This document shows, piece after piece, positions 49,257 to 58,276 of a DNA stretch of 64,000 nt (position 1 is the stretch's first letter; each line of letters begins with the position of its first letter). The stretch comes from an uncultured Acidobacteriota bacterium (GTDB lineage Bacteria; Acidobacteriota; Thermoanaerobaculia; Multivoradales; JAHEKO01), in assembly GCA_963713825.1 (NCBI GenBank), contig CAVQNG010000003.1:128001-192000 (forward strand), in the 5' to 3' direction. Below the pieces are notes generated by a model, which worked only from the letters and a program-made list of their open reading frames with translations, did no database searches and was not told the origin of the DNA. The translations under genes and the position numbers were made by a program.

Positions 49257-50920
49257 GGCTGCACCCTCAGTCTTTCTTTCAGCCACTCGCGTGCCGCGGC
49301 CCAGTCGCTCTCAACGGTCCGTTTCGAGACTCCCAGGAACTGCGCGACCTCCTCGACGGTCATGCCAGCGAAGTACCGCAGCTCGACGACCCTGGCCTGC
49401 CTCTCGTCGAGCGCCGTCAGCTCCTCGATCGCTCGGTCGAGATCGATCATCTGTTCGCTGGACAGCAGCCCTTTGGGGTTGGCGAAAAGCTCTTCTGCCC
49501 ACGAAATCTGGAGCCACTCACCGCCCCGCTTGGCTCGCCCCCGTCCCCGCGCATGATCGATCAGGACCCGCCGCATCATCTTGGCTCCCATGGCGAAGAA
49601 ATGCGTGCGGCCCTGCCACTCCACCCGCGATTGGTCGACCAGCCGCAAGTAAGCCTCGTGGACCAGAGCCGTCGGTTGCAGGGTGTGATTGACCCGCTCC
49701 CGCCCCATGTACCGATGGGCCAGGCCCCGCAGCTCATCGTAGACCCTGGCCAGCAGCGCTTCCGGCGAGGCCCCTGCTCCTTCTGGCTGCCGTTCCATCT
49801 CAATCATGATCTCAGTGAGCTTCTGCGTGAAAGCCGTGGACTCGAGCTTCGACGACTGGGACCTTGGTTCGCTAGAGCTCGAGCCCTCCAGCCAGTGCCG
49901 GATGAAATCATTCCCCAGCCTGACGCGGTGATCCTCCGTTCGGATGACGAATCCCAGGTTCTCCAATCTCAGCAGGCTGCCGTTCAGGCCACCCTCTTCC
50001 GTTCGGAGGCGACTCTCGAGGGTTTCGCGACCCGCTGCCCCTGTCTCACCGAGGGCGCGCAGGACCTCCTGCTCCGTCCTGCTCAACATGCGGAAGTCCA
50101 CTGCGAAGAAATGGCTCACCATCTGGTCGGCCCGAACCCGGTCGAGGACCTCTTCCAGGTCGCCGATCTCCAGATACTTCTTGGCCACGATCTGCAGGAG
50201 GTAGGGGTGATTGCCGCAGGCCTGACAGATCTTCAGAGCCACCTCCGGCAGGAAAGTCGGCCTCGCTGCGCTCGGCAGGTGCTCCTGGAGAACCAGCGCC
50301 AGGGCCTCCTCCTCGGTCAGACCTGCCAGATACAGGGCCGGCGTGAAGCCGTGCAAGAAAGGAGAGGTATCTGCGGACTGCTCCGCCAGCCGCCAGAGCC
50401 GAATCGTCGAGGCCAGTACGAATCGAATGTCTGCCGTCGATTGCACCGCCCTTCGGAGCTTGGACAGCAGAGACCGATCCTTGCTCTGCAAATCGATCAA
50501 CTCCTCGGCCTCGTCGCACAGCAACAGCATCCTTCTGCCAGTGCCGCGAACTTGCCTACGCAGCCGAGCCAGGGAATCGAAGAGATCCTCTGCATCCAGG
50601 GATGACACCGAGACGCCGACTTCTGCCCAGCGCTCTTCCGAGTCCAGTAGGGCATCGTGGAAGCTCAGGTGCAGTTCCCTCGGCTCGGTGGCCCCCTGCA
50701 GATCCCAGAACAACGGCAGGTAGTCCAGATCCGGCGACGCGGTAGCGAGCTGCTCCAGTTGCTTCAAGACAGAGGTCTTGCCAACACGCCTAGTCCCCAG
50801 CAACCAGAGGCTGTCCCGTTGCCCATCCAGGATCTCTGCCAGCTGGGCACGACGCCCATAGAAGCGATCACCTCGCACCCATTGGCCCACAACGTAGGGC
50901 AGCAGGGGCGGACGAATCAC
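49253..50920 (-). CDS. STAND-like ATPase fused to a C-terminal ECF sigma factor (ECF43-like)
   Basis: GTRRVGKTS, LLLCDEAE, GNHPYLLQ, then VYDELR.LA, HTLQPTALVHEAYLRL, MRRVLIDHAR, VVELRYFAGM, TVESDW. GTGA-coupled to the upstream gene. Confidence 0.9.
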   Translation of the reverse strand: MIRPPLLPYVVGQWVRGDRFYGRRAQLAEILDGQRDSLWLLGTRRVGKTSVLKQLEQLATASPDLDYLPLFWDLQGATEPRELHLSFHDALLDSEERWAEVGVSVSSLDAEDLFDSLARLRRQVRGTGRRMLLLCDEAEELIDLQSKDRSLLSKLRRAVQSTADIRFVLASTIRLWRLAEQSADTSPFLHGFTPALYLAGLTEEEALALVLQEHLPSAARPTFLPEVALKICQACGNHPYLLQIVAKKYLEIGDLEEVLDRVRADQMVSHFFAVDFRMLSRTEQEVLRALGETGAAGRETLESRLRTEEGGLNGSLLRLENLGFVIRTEDHRVRLGNDFIRHWLEGSSSSEPRSQSSKLESTAFTQKLTEIMIEMERQPEGAGASPEALLARVYDELRGLAHRYMGRERVNHTLQPTALVHEAYLRLVDQSRVEWQGRTHFFAMGAKMMRRVLIDHARGRGRAKRGGEWLQISWAEELFANPKGLLSSEQMIDLDRAIEELTALDERQARVVELRYFAGMTVEEVAQFLGVSKRTVESDWAAAREWLKERLRVQP

Positions 50921-53349
50921 GCCACCTCCGGACGACCGATCGCTTCCACATCGTCTACGGTGATCGTCTCTGCACCGTTCTCGTAGGCCCGATTCACGAG
51001 GGCAATGCAGAGCTTCTGGATCAGATAAGGCCGCAGGCCCGTGAGCTCGATGATCCGTGACACGACGCCCTCCTCGAGCTTCAGCAGGTTGGCGATCGGC
51101 CGCTCGATCAAGGCTCGAGCATCTTCGACCCGGAAGGGCAGAACCTGGATCTCTTCGAAGAAGTTGTACCAGGGGCTGCCTTCTCGCTCCCATTGCTTCT
51201 TGATCTCCACACCGGAGACCACGGCGACGAGATTCTCAGCGAAGCTCTTCATGAATAGGCTCCGCAACCGCTGGTTGATCCTCGGGTCGTAGTCGTTCAG
51301 CTCATCGACCTCGTCGATCAACAGCACGAGCTTGACCTGCTTGCCGCTGCCCTCCGCCAAGCGCTGGATCACGGCGCGCAGATCGCGAACAAAGTCGCGG
51401 TGGGAGTACTCGACTTCGACGTTCAGGGAGCGCGATGGCGACAAGTCACCTAGATGAATTTCCAGGTCACTGAAGACATCGTCAGCCAGGGTTGCAAAGA
51501 ACCTGGTTTCCGGAGTGCCCTGCAAGTCGACGTATACGGGAAAGAAATCGTAGGTTGGATCGTCCAGCTCCCGCAATCGCTTCTTGAGATGGTGTTGGAT
51601 CGAAGTCTTGCCGATCCGCCGCTCACCGTAGAGCAGCAGGCTGTTGTTGTGGACGGTCTGGAGTATGCGATCGATGAGCCGGTCCCGTCCGAAGAAGAGG
51701 CCCTCGTCCAGCACCGGGGCACCTGCCACATAGGGATTGAGTCGACGGTGCCGGCGTCGAGCACGGCGATTTCGCCGAGCCACGACGAACCCGAGCGCCA
51801 GTGCTGCGACAACCGTGGCCATCGCTGCCGCGAGACGCGGAGACCGGAACCAGGGGCGGACAAGAGCCACGGCGTACTCACTGCTGGACGCGAGATCCTC
51901 CGCATCGGTAGCCACGACCCGGAACGTCTCGGGCCCGCCCCCGAGCACCGTGTCGACCCGGAATTCCGTGACGTAGGAGTCGCCAACTTGCTGATGGCTC
52001 GTGACTGCCTCCAGGTTCGAGCCCTTGCCATCGAAGCACTCGATGTCGACTGGCGAGTTGTCGATGATGACGCCACTGAGGCGAAACCCCGCATCGCGAA
52101 CCACTTGCACCTGGGAACCATCCTCCTGCGTCTGCCGAAAGTCGGCAAAACGGATAGCCGGAGGGATGTTGCCGGCGGCCCTGCCGAGCAGCACTCGGCT
52201 GAGCTGCTGGTAAGAGCGCGCAACGATCTCCATAGCCTGACTGTTGCCGGGCTCCAGAGCCAGCGCTCGATTCGCGGCGGACAGGGCACTCTCGAACCGG
52301 CGAGCCACGAGCTCGCTTTCGGCAGTCGCCAGTTCGGCCGCCAGGATCTGCCGGCTGGCCAGCTCTTCCTCCGCCAATGCTCGCGCTCCGACTAGACGAG
52401 ACTCGATGGCCTTGGCCTCCTCACCTCCGGCCTGCATGGCAATGACGGTCTGCAGTCTGTTCAGGGCCGCATCCAGTTGCCCGGCAGCCTCGAGTCCACG
52501 AACCGCCTCGAGCTCCTGCACGACGAACTCGGCCTGGGTCTTCTGCTGCCGCTGGGACTCGAGCTCGGTACGAAGGCGCTGCTGAGTGTCCTCCAACAGC
52601 CCCGAGATCTCCGGGTCGCCCGGCATCAGCTCCGCAGCTTCTCGAAAGCGGCCCGCCGCTGCCGCGTAGGACCCGGCGCTCAGAAGGGCTCGGCCTTCCG
52701 TCACCAGGAGCGCGGCACGAGTTTCTGCTCGAGCCTCCTGCTCCCGTTGTCTGGCTTCACCCAGCAGGGTCGCCATGAGGCTGGTCGCCTCGGGATCCTC
52801 GGGTGCCACCGCAAGCCCTCGACCCAGGGCTGTCATTGCCTGATCGGTTCTTCCTGCCGACCGCAGGTCCCGAGCTTCCCGAAGACTCTCCGCCAGAATC
52901 TGCCGGATTCGATCCTGATCCTCTGCCCAGCGGCTTTCGAGCCCCTGGACTGCTCTGGCACGGAGCGCTTCGAGCTCTTGGAACGAGCTCTGCGAACCCT
53001 CGATCGCACCCAGCCTCTCCTCGGTATCGAATGCCCGGAGCGCCGCCTCGTGCTGGCCGAGCGCAAGATAGGCCGTACCGAGCTTGAGATACGGCAGATA
53101 GTCGGTCGTGCGCATCCCATAGGTGCGCACCCTCACTCCCGAGTCACCCCGCCGCTGAATCGCCTGATTCAGCTCTTCGACCGCTTCTTCCCAGCGCTCG
53201 GCGCTGAGAGCCTCTTCGGCCCTTTGATAGTGCTGATACCAGAGGTCCGCCAGCAGGGGGCTGACTGCCACGAGGTTGGCGAGAAGGTAGATGCGAAGCG
53301 CCGGGGCGATTCGCACTCCAAGGATGCTGCGATGGGAGGATCCTGACAT
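50917..53349 (-). CDS. Single-pass membrane receptor-like protein: periplasmic TPR and beta domain, TM helix, cytoplasmic STAND-like ATPase
   Basis: Signal peptide, YLPYLKLG TPRs, beta-rich segment, TM at ~51781-51835 followed by RRNRRARRRHRR, then NPYVAG..FFGR, GERRIGKTS, LLIDEVD, PYLIQ. Start approximate. Confidence 0.87.
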   Translation of the reverse strand: MSGSSHRSILGVRIAPALRIYLLANLVAVSPLLADLWYQHYQRAEEALSAERWEEAVEELNQAIQRRGDSGVRVRTYGMRTTDYLPYLKLGTAYLALGQHEAALRAFDTEERLGAIEGSQSSFQELEALRARAVQGLESRWAEDQDRIRQILAESLREARDLRSAGRTDQAMTALGRGLAVAPEDPEATSLMATLLGEARQREQEARAETRAALLVTEGRALLSAGSYAAAAGRFREAAELMPGDPEISGLLEDTQQRLRTELESQRQQKTQAEFVVQELEAVRGLEAAGQLDAALNRLQTVIAMQAGGEEAKAIESRLVGARALAEEELASRQILAAELATAESELVARRFESALSAANRALALEPGNSQAMEIVARSYQQLSRVLLGRAAGNIPPAIRFADFRQTQEDGSQVQVVRDAGFRLSGVIIDNSPVDIECFDGKGSNLEAVTSHQQVGDSYVTEFRVDTVLGGGPETFRVVATDAEDLASSSEYAVALVRPWFRSPRLAAAMATVVAALALGFVVARRNRRARRRHRRLNPYVAGAPVLDEGLFFGRDRLIDRILQTVHNNSLLLYGERRIGKTSIQHHLKKRLRELDDPTYDFFPVYVDLQGTPETRFFATLADDVFSDLEIHLGDLSPSRSLNVEVEYSHRDFVRDLRAVIQRLAEGSGKQVKLVLLIDEVDELNDYDPRINQRLRSLFMKSFAENLVAVVSGVEIKKQWEREGSPWYNFFEEIQVLPFRVEDARALIERPIANLLKLEEGVVSRIIELTGLRPYLIQKLCIALVNRAYENGAETITVDDVEAIGRPEVA

Positions 53350-53613
53350 CGACTTTAACGTCCAGGCCCCATGCCGAAACGATCCTACTCCCAAAATCGA
53401 CTCCGAGATCTTCGTCTTCCCACTTCGTGGCCAGATCCGACCGAAGCATCGCACCGACGGCTCTCCACTTCGGTCTCTTTGCCTTCGAGACTCTAACGCG
53501 ATGGAAACGGCAAGACTCCGCAGCCTGCCCTAGCTTTTCAGCCCTGGGATTTCAGACCAGATAGACTCATTTGCCTGTTGCCCCATTCATTACTTGCCCT
53601 ACCGAGGCCAATC

Positions 53614-54510
53614 ATGAATCGACTCCCCTGCGCTCTCTTCCTGCTTCTACTGCTCAGCCCGATCGCAGGTGAGGCCGCCGATTCGGTGAAAATCTACATC
53701 TCCGCTGACATGGAGGGATTGGCGGGCGCCGTCACCAGTGAGCAACTCGGCCCCTCGGGTTTCGAATACGGCCAGTTCAGGGAGTTCATGACCGCGGAGG
53801 TCAATGCCGCCATCGAGGCGGCTCGCGACGCCGGCGCCACCGAGATCCTGGTCAGCGATTCCCACGGCAACGGCCAGAATCTGCTACTCGACAAGCTTCC
53901 CGCCGATGTCCAGGTGGTGCGGTCCTGGCCACGACCACTGGGCATGATGGAGGGAATCGACGAGAGCTTTGATGGCGCGATCTTCATCGGGTACCACACC
54001 AGTACGACGAATCCGGATGGCGTGCGAGCCCATACCCTCTCGAGTGCCAACCTGACCGCTCTCAGGCTCAACGGCATTCCGCTGCCGGAAGCGGGACTCA
54101 ACGCCGCGATTGCCGGCCATTTCGGAGTTCCGGTCCTGATGATCTCCGGTGACAATGCGATTGTCGAAGAGGCTCGAGAACTCCTCGGCGACATCGAAGG
54201 GGCCGAAGTCAAGGAGGCTTTGAGCTTCCACTCGGCAAAGACTCTGGTACCCGAGGCGGCCTGCGACCTGATTCGCCAGAGGGTTGGAACCGCCATGGAG
54301 CGCCTCGACAGCTTCACTGCGTACACCCTGGACACTCCTGTGGAGCTGGAAGTCAGCTTCAAGCACTACCAGCCAGCCCAACTCCTCGCCTATCTCTCTA
54401 TTGTCGAGCAGGTCGACTCTCACACCATCCGGTTTATCGGCGAGGACATGGTGGAGGTCTCCAAATTCCTCCAGTTCATCCTCGACTATCAGGTCCCGCT
54501 GGCCCCTTAG
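53614..54510 (+). CDS. M55 family D-aminopeptidase (DppA-like) with signal peptide
   Basis: IYISADMEG, DSHG, IGYH, AHT, ISGD motifs. Confidence 0.92.
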   Translation: MNRLPCALFLLLLLSPIAGEAADSVKIYISADMEGLAGAVTSEQLGPSGFEYGQFREFMTAEVNAAIEAARDAGATEILVSDSHGNGQNLLLDKLPADVQVVRSWPRPLGMMEGIDESFDGAIFIGYHTSTTNPDGVRAHTLSSANLTALRLNGIPLPEAGLNAAIAGHFGVPVLMISGDNAIVEEARELLGDIEGAEVKEALSFHSAKTLVPEAACDLIRQRVGTAMERLDSFTAYTLDTPVELEVSFKHYQPAQLLAYLSIVEQVDSHTIRFIGEDMVEVSKFLQFILDYQVPLAP

Positions 54511-54731
54511 ACCTCGACCCGAGAAGCCACCCGAAAACCCTCGGCGTCCTCCGCGTGAGTCGTCGCCCCGTCGTCCTGCAATACCACCCTTCAGGGTGGC
54601 GTCGAATTGCAGCCCCTTTTGGTAAGCTTTTGGGAGTCCGTATCGGCGAGCTCCTCGCGAGTCGGTACGGGCAGCTTCATCGGAGTTCCGACTTGCTCCA
54701 GCGCGGCCTATCGACGTGCATCTGGGAGAAG

Positions 54732-56654
54732 GTGATCTTGACTGGATCTCATCCGTCACGGGTTTGTATCCGGCGCCTGCTGCAGAGTCTCGCCGGGTCG
54801 CTACCCGTCTTTCTTCTGGCTGTCTTTGCTCCCGGGACATCAGCCGCCTCCCTTTCCCAGCCTGTGGTCTTCTGCAGCCTTCCCGCTGACAAGGCACCGG
54901 CTAGCGGTGTTGCAGATGGAATGCTGCCATCCGATTACGGCCAGGGTGCTTCGCTGATGGTTCTACAGCCCGACGGCAGCACAGTGCGCTTGGCAGGTGA
55001 CTTCGCGAGTGCCTGCGACCCTGACGTTTCCTTCGATGGAGAGCACATCCTGTTCGCGGGCCAGAAGAACCCGGGAGATTCCTGGAACATCTGGGAGATG
55101 AGCAACGACGGCACCGGGGTGCGGCAGATCACGCATGAAGCGCTCGACTGCCGTCGGCCCATCTACCTCTCGACGTTCTACACCATCACATCGTCCGAGC
55201 CCTGGTACACGATCCTGTTCGAGCGGCAGGACGGCGTCTTGAACGAAGCGGGCACAGCCCCCGGAACCAGCCTCTACACGGTTCGCCTCGACGGCTCCGA
55301 GTTGCGGCGCATCACGTTTCACCCTGGCAACGACCGCACGCCCTTCCTGATGCAAGACGGTCTTCTGCTCTTCTCCGGATGGAGGATGCTATCGGATCCT
55401 CGCTTTCCCACCGGAAGGATCGGGCTCTACGGAGTCCAGACCGACGGTATCGACTATGCCTCTTTCGGCGGTCTGCAGGGATCGAGAATCCAGCACATGC
55501 CGACCCTGACGACAGACGGGCTCGTGGTCTTTGTCGAGGCTGACCAGGTGGACTGGGACGGCGCAGGCCGTCTGGCCGCCGTCCGAGCGCAGCGCCCCCA
55601 CCTCTCCTACTCCTCTCTGACCGACGAAGACCAGGGTCTGTTCCATTCTCCATCGCCATTGGCGGATGGCAGCGTGCTCGTGTCCCATCGTTCCGCAACA
55701 GCCGACAGCATTTTCGGACTCAGCAGGTTCTGGCCTGACAGCGGACGGAGGGAGGAGGTCGTCTACCTGCCCGGAGCCCACATCCTTCACGCCAGGCTGA
55801 TGGCTCCGCGGCCGGAGCCAGACGGCCGCTCCAGCACGGTGCGACCCGAGTCACCGACGGGCAAGCTCTACTGTCTGGACGTCTACGAGAGCGACACCGA
55901 CATTGCATCGCTCGAGCGAGGCACGATCGAGCGAGTACGGGTCATCGAAGGGGTGGCGACCGGGCAGAGTACGACCCCGGTCGCCAGACGGCTCCTGGGC
56001 GAAGCACCGGTAGAGGACGACGGATCGTTCCACATCGACCTGCCTGCCGATCTACCCGTCGAGCTACAACTCCTCGACGAAAGCGGCCAGGCCCTGGCGA
56101 GCTGCGATTGGATCTGGGTCAAGAACCGCGAGTACCGTGGTTGCATCGGCTGTCATGAGGATCCCGAGTTGACCCCAGAGAACCGCTTCGTACAAGCTGC
56201 GGCCCGACCAGCCAATCAGCTGACGCTGCCACCCGACAGGCGCCGCAGCGTGACCTTTCGACAGCATGTCCTGCCTCTCCTCCAGGCTTACTGCAGCGAC
56301 TGCCACGGTGAAGCTGGTGGAGTTCTGCCCTTTGGTTCACTGGCCGATGAGGCCGGTGCAATGGGGGCCTACGATGCGCTGACCGCCGGACGCGATGGCG
56401 AAGGGTCGGCCCGTCGCCCCCTGGTCACTCCTGGCAGCGCGACCACGAGTCCTTTGATCTGGCAACTCTTCGGTCGGGACACCTCGCAGACGCCGGACGC
56501 TGGAACGAACACGATGACTCTGATCGCGCCTGGACACCTCGATCTGCTGAGCGACGAAGAGCGCCGGGTCTTCACGGAGTGGATCGACCTCGGGGCCCAG
56601 TGGGACCTGCCGCCGGAGAGCTCTGTAGACCAACAAGGAGATGCCAGGCCATGA
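54732..56654 (+). CDS. Hydrazine synthase alpha-subunit-like diheme protein
   Basis: Signal peptide, PD40-like propeller (DFASACDPDVSFDG, IWEM..DG..RQIT), middle domain (VEDDGSF...PADLP..LQLLD...W......RGCIGCH), C-terminal CSDCH and EWIDLGAQWD. Start approximate. Confidence 0.82.
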   Translation: MILTGSHPSRVCIRRLLQSLAGSLPVFLLAVFAPGTSAASLSQPVVFCSLPADKAPASGVADGMLPSDYGQGASLMVLQPDGSTVRLAGDFASACDPDVSFDGEHILFAGQKNPGDSWNIWEMSNDGTGVRQITHEALDCRRPIYLSTFYTITSSEPWYTILFERQDGVLNEAGTAPGTSLYTVRLDGSELRRITFHPGNDRTPFLMQDGLLLFSGWRMLSDPRFPTGRIGLYGVQTDGIDYASFGGLQGSRIQHMPTLTTDGLVVFVEADQVDWDGAGRLAAVRAQRPHLSYSSLTDEDQGLFHSPSPLADGSVLVSHRSATADSIFGLSRFWPDSGRREEVVYLPGAHILHARLMAPRPEPDGRSSTVRPESPTGKLYCLDVYESDTDIASLERGTIERVRVIEGVATGQSTTPVARRLLGEAPVEDDGSFHIDLPADLPVELQLLDESGQALASCDWIWVKNREYRGCIGCHEDPELTPENRFVQAAARPANQLTLPPDRRRSVTFRQHVLPLLQAYCSDCHGEAGGVLPFGSLADEAGAMGAYDALTAGRDGEGSARRPLVTPGSATTSPLIWQLFGRDTSQTPDAGTNTMTLIAPGHLDLLSDEERRVFTEWIDLGAQWDLPPESSVDQQGDARP

Positions 56655-58276
56655 GAGCGCCTGAATCGTGTTTCTTGCTCCTGATCTTTCTGGCAAGTCC
56701 GCTTGTAAGCCAGTCGACCACGCCGTACTTCACCGACATCACGGAGATGGCTGGGCTCCGGTTCCAGCACAGCTTCGGTGACAGCGAGCTCAGTAATATC
56801 GTGGAGGGTACCGGTCCGGGCGCCGTCTTCTTCGACTACGACAACGACGACTACCCCGACATCTATCTCCTCAACGGCACATGGACACCGGAAGTCAACG
56901 ACAACCGCAGCCGCAATCTGCGCGGCCAGCTCAGTAACGCCCTCTACCGCAACAACCGCGACGGCACCTTCACCGATGTCACCGCTGCTGCCGGAGTCGG
57001 AGATCAAGGGTTTGGTATGGGCGGCTCGGCAGCGGACTTCGATCTCGACGGAGATCTCGATCTCTACGTGCTGAACTACGGTGCCAACGTCTTCTATCGC
57101 AACGATGGAGATGGCACCTTCACCGACGTCACCGAACAGGCCGGACTGTCTGATCCGCTTTGGAGCGTCTCGGCACCCTGGCTCGACTACGACGGTGACG
57201 GAGACCTGGACCTCTACGTCGCCAACTATCTAGAGTACGACGAAGGGGCTTTTCGGAGCTTCTACGCCGCGCAGGGCTATCCCGGGCCCCTGGCTTACAA
57301 GGGACAACCCGATCATCTCTATCGCAACGATGGAGATGGCACCTTCACCGATGTCACCGAAGAGGCTGGCGTGCTCGATCCCGACGGTCGTGCCATGAGC
57401 GCCATTGCGGTGGATCTCGACCAGGATGGCGACCAGGACATCTATGTGGCCAACGACGCCATGCCTAGCGCCTTCTGGGTCAACGACGGTCACGGGAACT
57501 TCCAGGACAGAGCCCTGCTCCAGGGAATCGCCTTTGGAGAGGGAGGGCAAGGGGCCTCGTCCATGGGGCCCGTGGTCGGCGATATCGATCGCAACGGACT
57601 GATGGACATCTGGATACCCGACATGGCCTATGGCTGCCTGCTGAGCCAGAGGGAGGAGGGGCTGTTCGCTGACGTCACTGCGGAGACCAACCTGGCGGTG
57701 ATCTGCGGTCAGTACACGGGATGGGGCAGCGGCTTGATCGATTTCGACAACGACGGCTACCTGGACGTCTTCGTGGCCAACGGCAATGCCCATCATCTCT
57801 ACACCGAAGAGGATGTCCTGGCTCACAACGACGGCACCGGTCACTACGTGGATGTGGCCAAGGATGGCGGCGCCTACTTCGAGAGCAAATCCGTCGGCCG
57901 AGGAGCGGCATTCGCCGACTTCGACAACGATGGTGATCTGGACATCCTGGTCGCCAACCTCGGCGAGTCTCCGAAGTTGTTGAGGAACGACACGGAGAGC
58001 GGCAACCACTGGCTGACAGTGGTACCGCTGCTCTCCGACAGCGAGACGGTGGCTATCGGATCCACCGTGACGGTGACAGTCGGGCAGAGGCGCTCCATCC
58101 ACCCGGTGCACGGTGTCTTCGGCTATCTCTCTACCAGCGATCCCCGCCCCCATTTCGGTCTCGGAACCGCTGAAGTGGCCGACAGAGTAGAGATCGTCTG
58201 GCCCGACGGAGAGCAGCAAGTCCTCGAGTCCGTTCCTGCCAATCAGATACTGGAGGTGGTGCAAGGTGCGAAATAG
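56651..58276 (+). CDS. CRTAC1-like FG-GAP repeat / ASPIC-UnbV protein
   Basis: Repeated D.D.DG..D.YV.N and LYRN.GDGTFTDVT motifs, GRGAAFAD, HFGLG....RVEIVWPDG. ATGA overlap. Confidence 0.92.
   Translation: MRAPESCFLLLIFLASPLVSQSTTPYFTDITEMAGLRFQHSFGDSELSNIVEGTGPGAVFFDYDNDDYPDIYLLNGTWTPEVNDNRSRNLRGQLSNALYRNNRDGTFTDVTAAAGVGDQGFGMGGSAADFDLDGDLDLYVLNYGANVFYRNDGDGTFTDVTEQAGLSDPLWSVSAPWLDYDGDGDLDLYVANYLEYDEGAFRSFYAAQGYPGPLAYKGQPDHLYRNDGDGTFTDVTEEAGVLDPDGRAMSAIAVDLDQDGDQDIYVANDAMPSAFWVNDGHGNFQDRALLQGIAFGEGGQGASSMGPVVGDIDRNGLMDIWIPDMAYGCLLSQREEGLFADVTAETNLAVICGQYTGWGSGLIDFDNDGYLDVFVANGNAHHLYTEEDVLAHNDGTGHYVDVAKDGGAYFESKSVGRGAAFADFDNDGDLDILVANLGESPKLLRNDTESGNHWLTVVPLLSDSETVAIGSTVTVTVGQRRSIHPVHGVFGYLSTSDPRPHFGLGTAEVADRVEIVWPDGEQQVLESVPANQILEVVQGAK

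Noticed and set aside
44984-53349. Avs-type antiphage STAND defence system
   Set aside because: The outputs are a sigma factor and a kinase, the sensor is periplasmic, and there is no nuclease, TIR, SIR2 or other toxic effector. Signalling fits better, although a defence-related role is not excluded.
54597-54611. Sigma54 promoter TGGCGTCGAATTGCA upstream of the HZS-like operon
   Set aside because: GG-to-GC spacing is 9 nt, not the required 10.
56940-57370. Direct repeats CGCAACGATGGAGATGGCACCTTCACCGA
   Set aside because: Explained by FG-GAP protein repeats (YRNDGDGTFTDVT).
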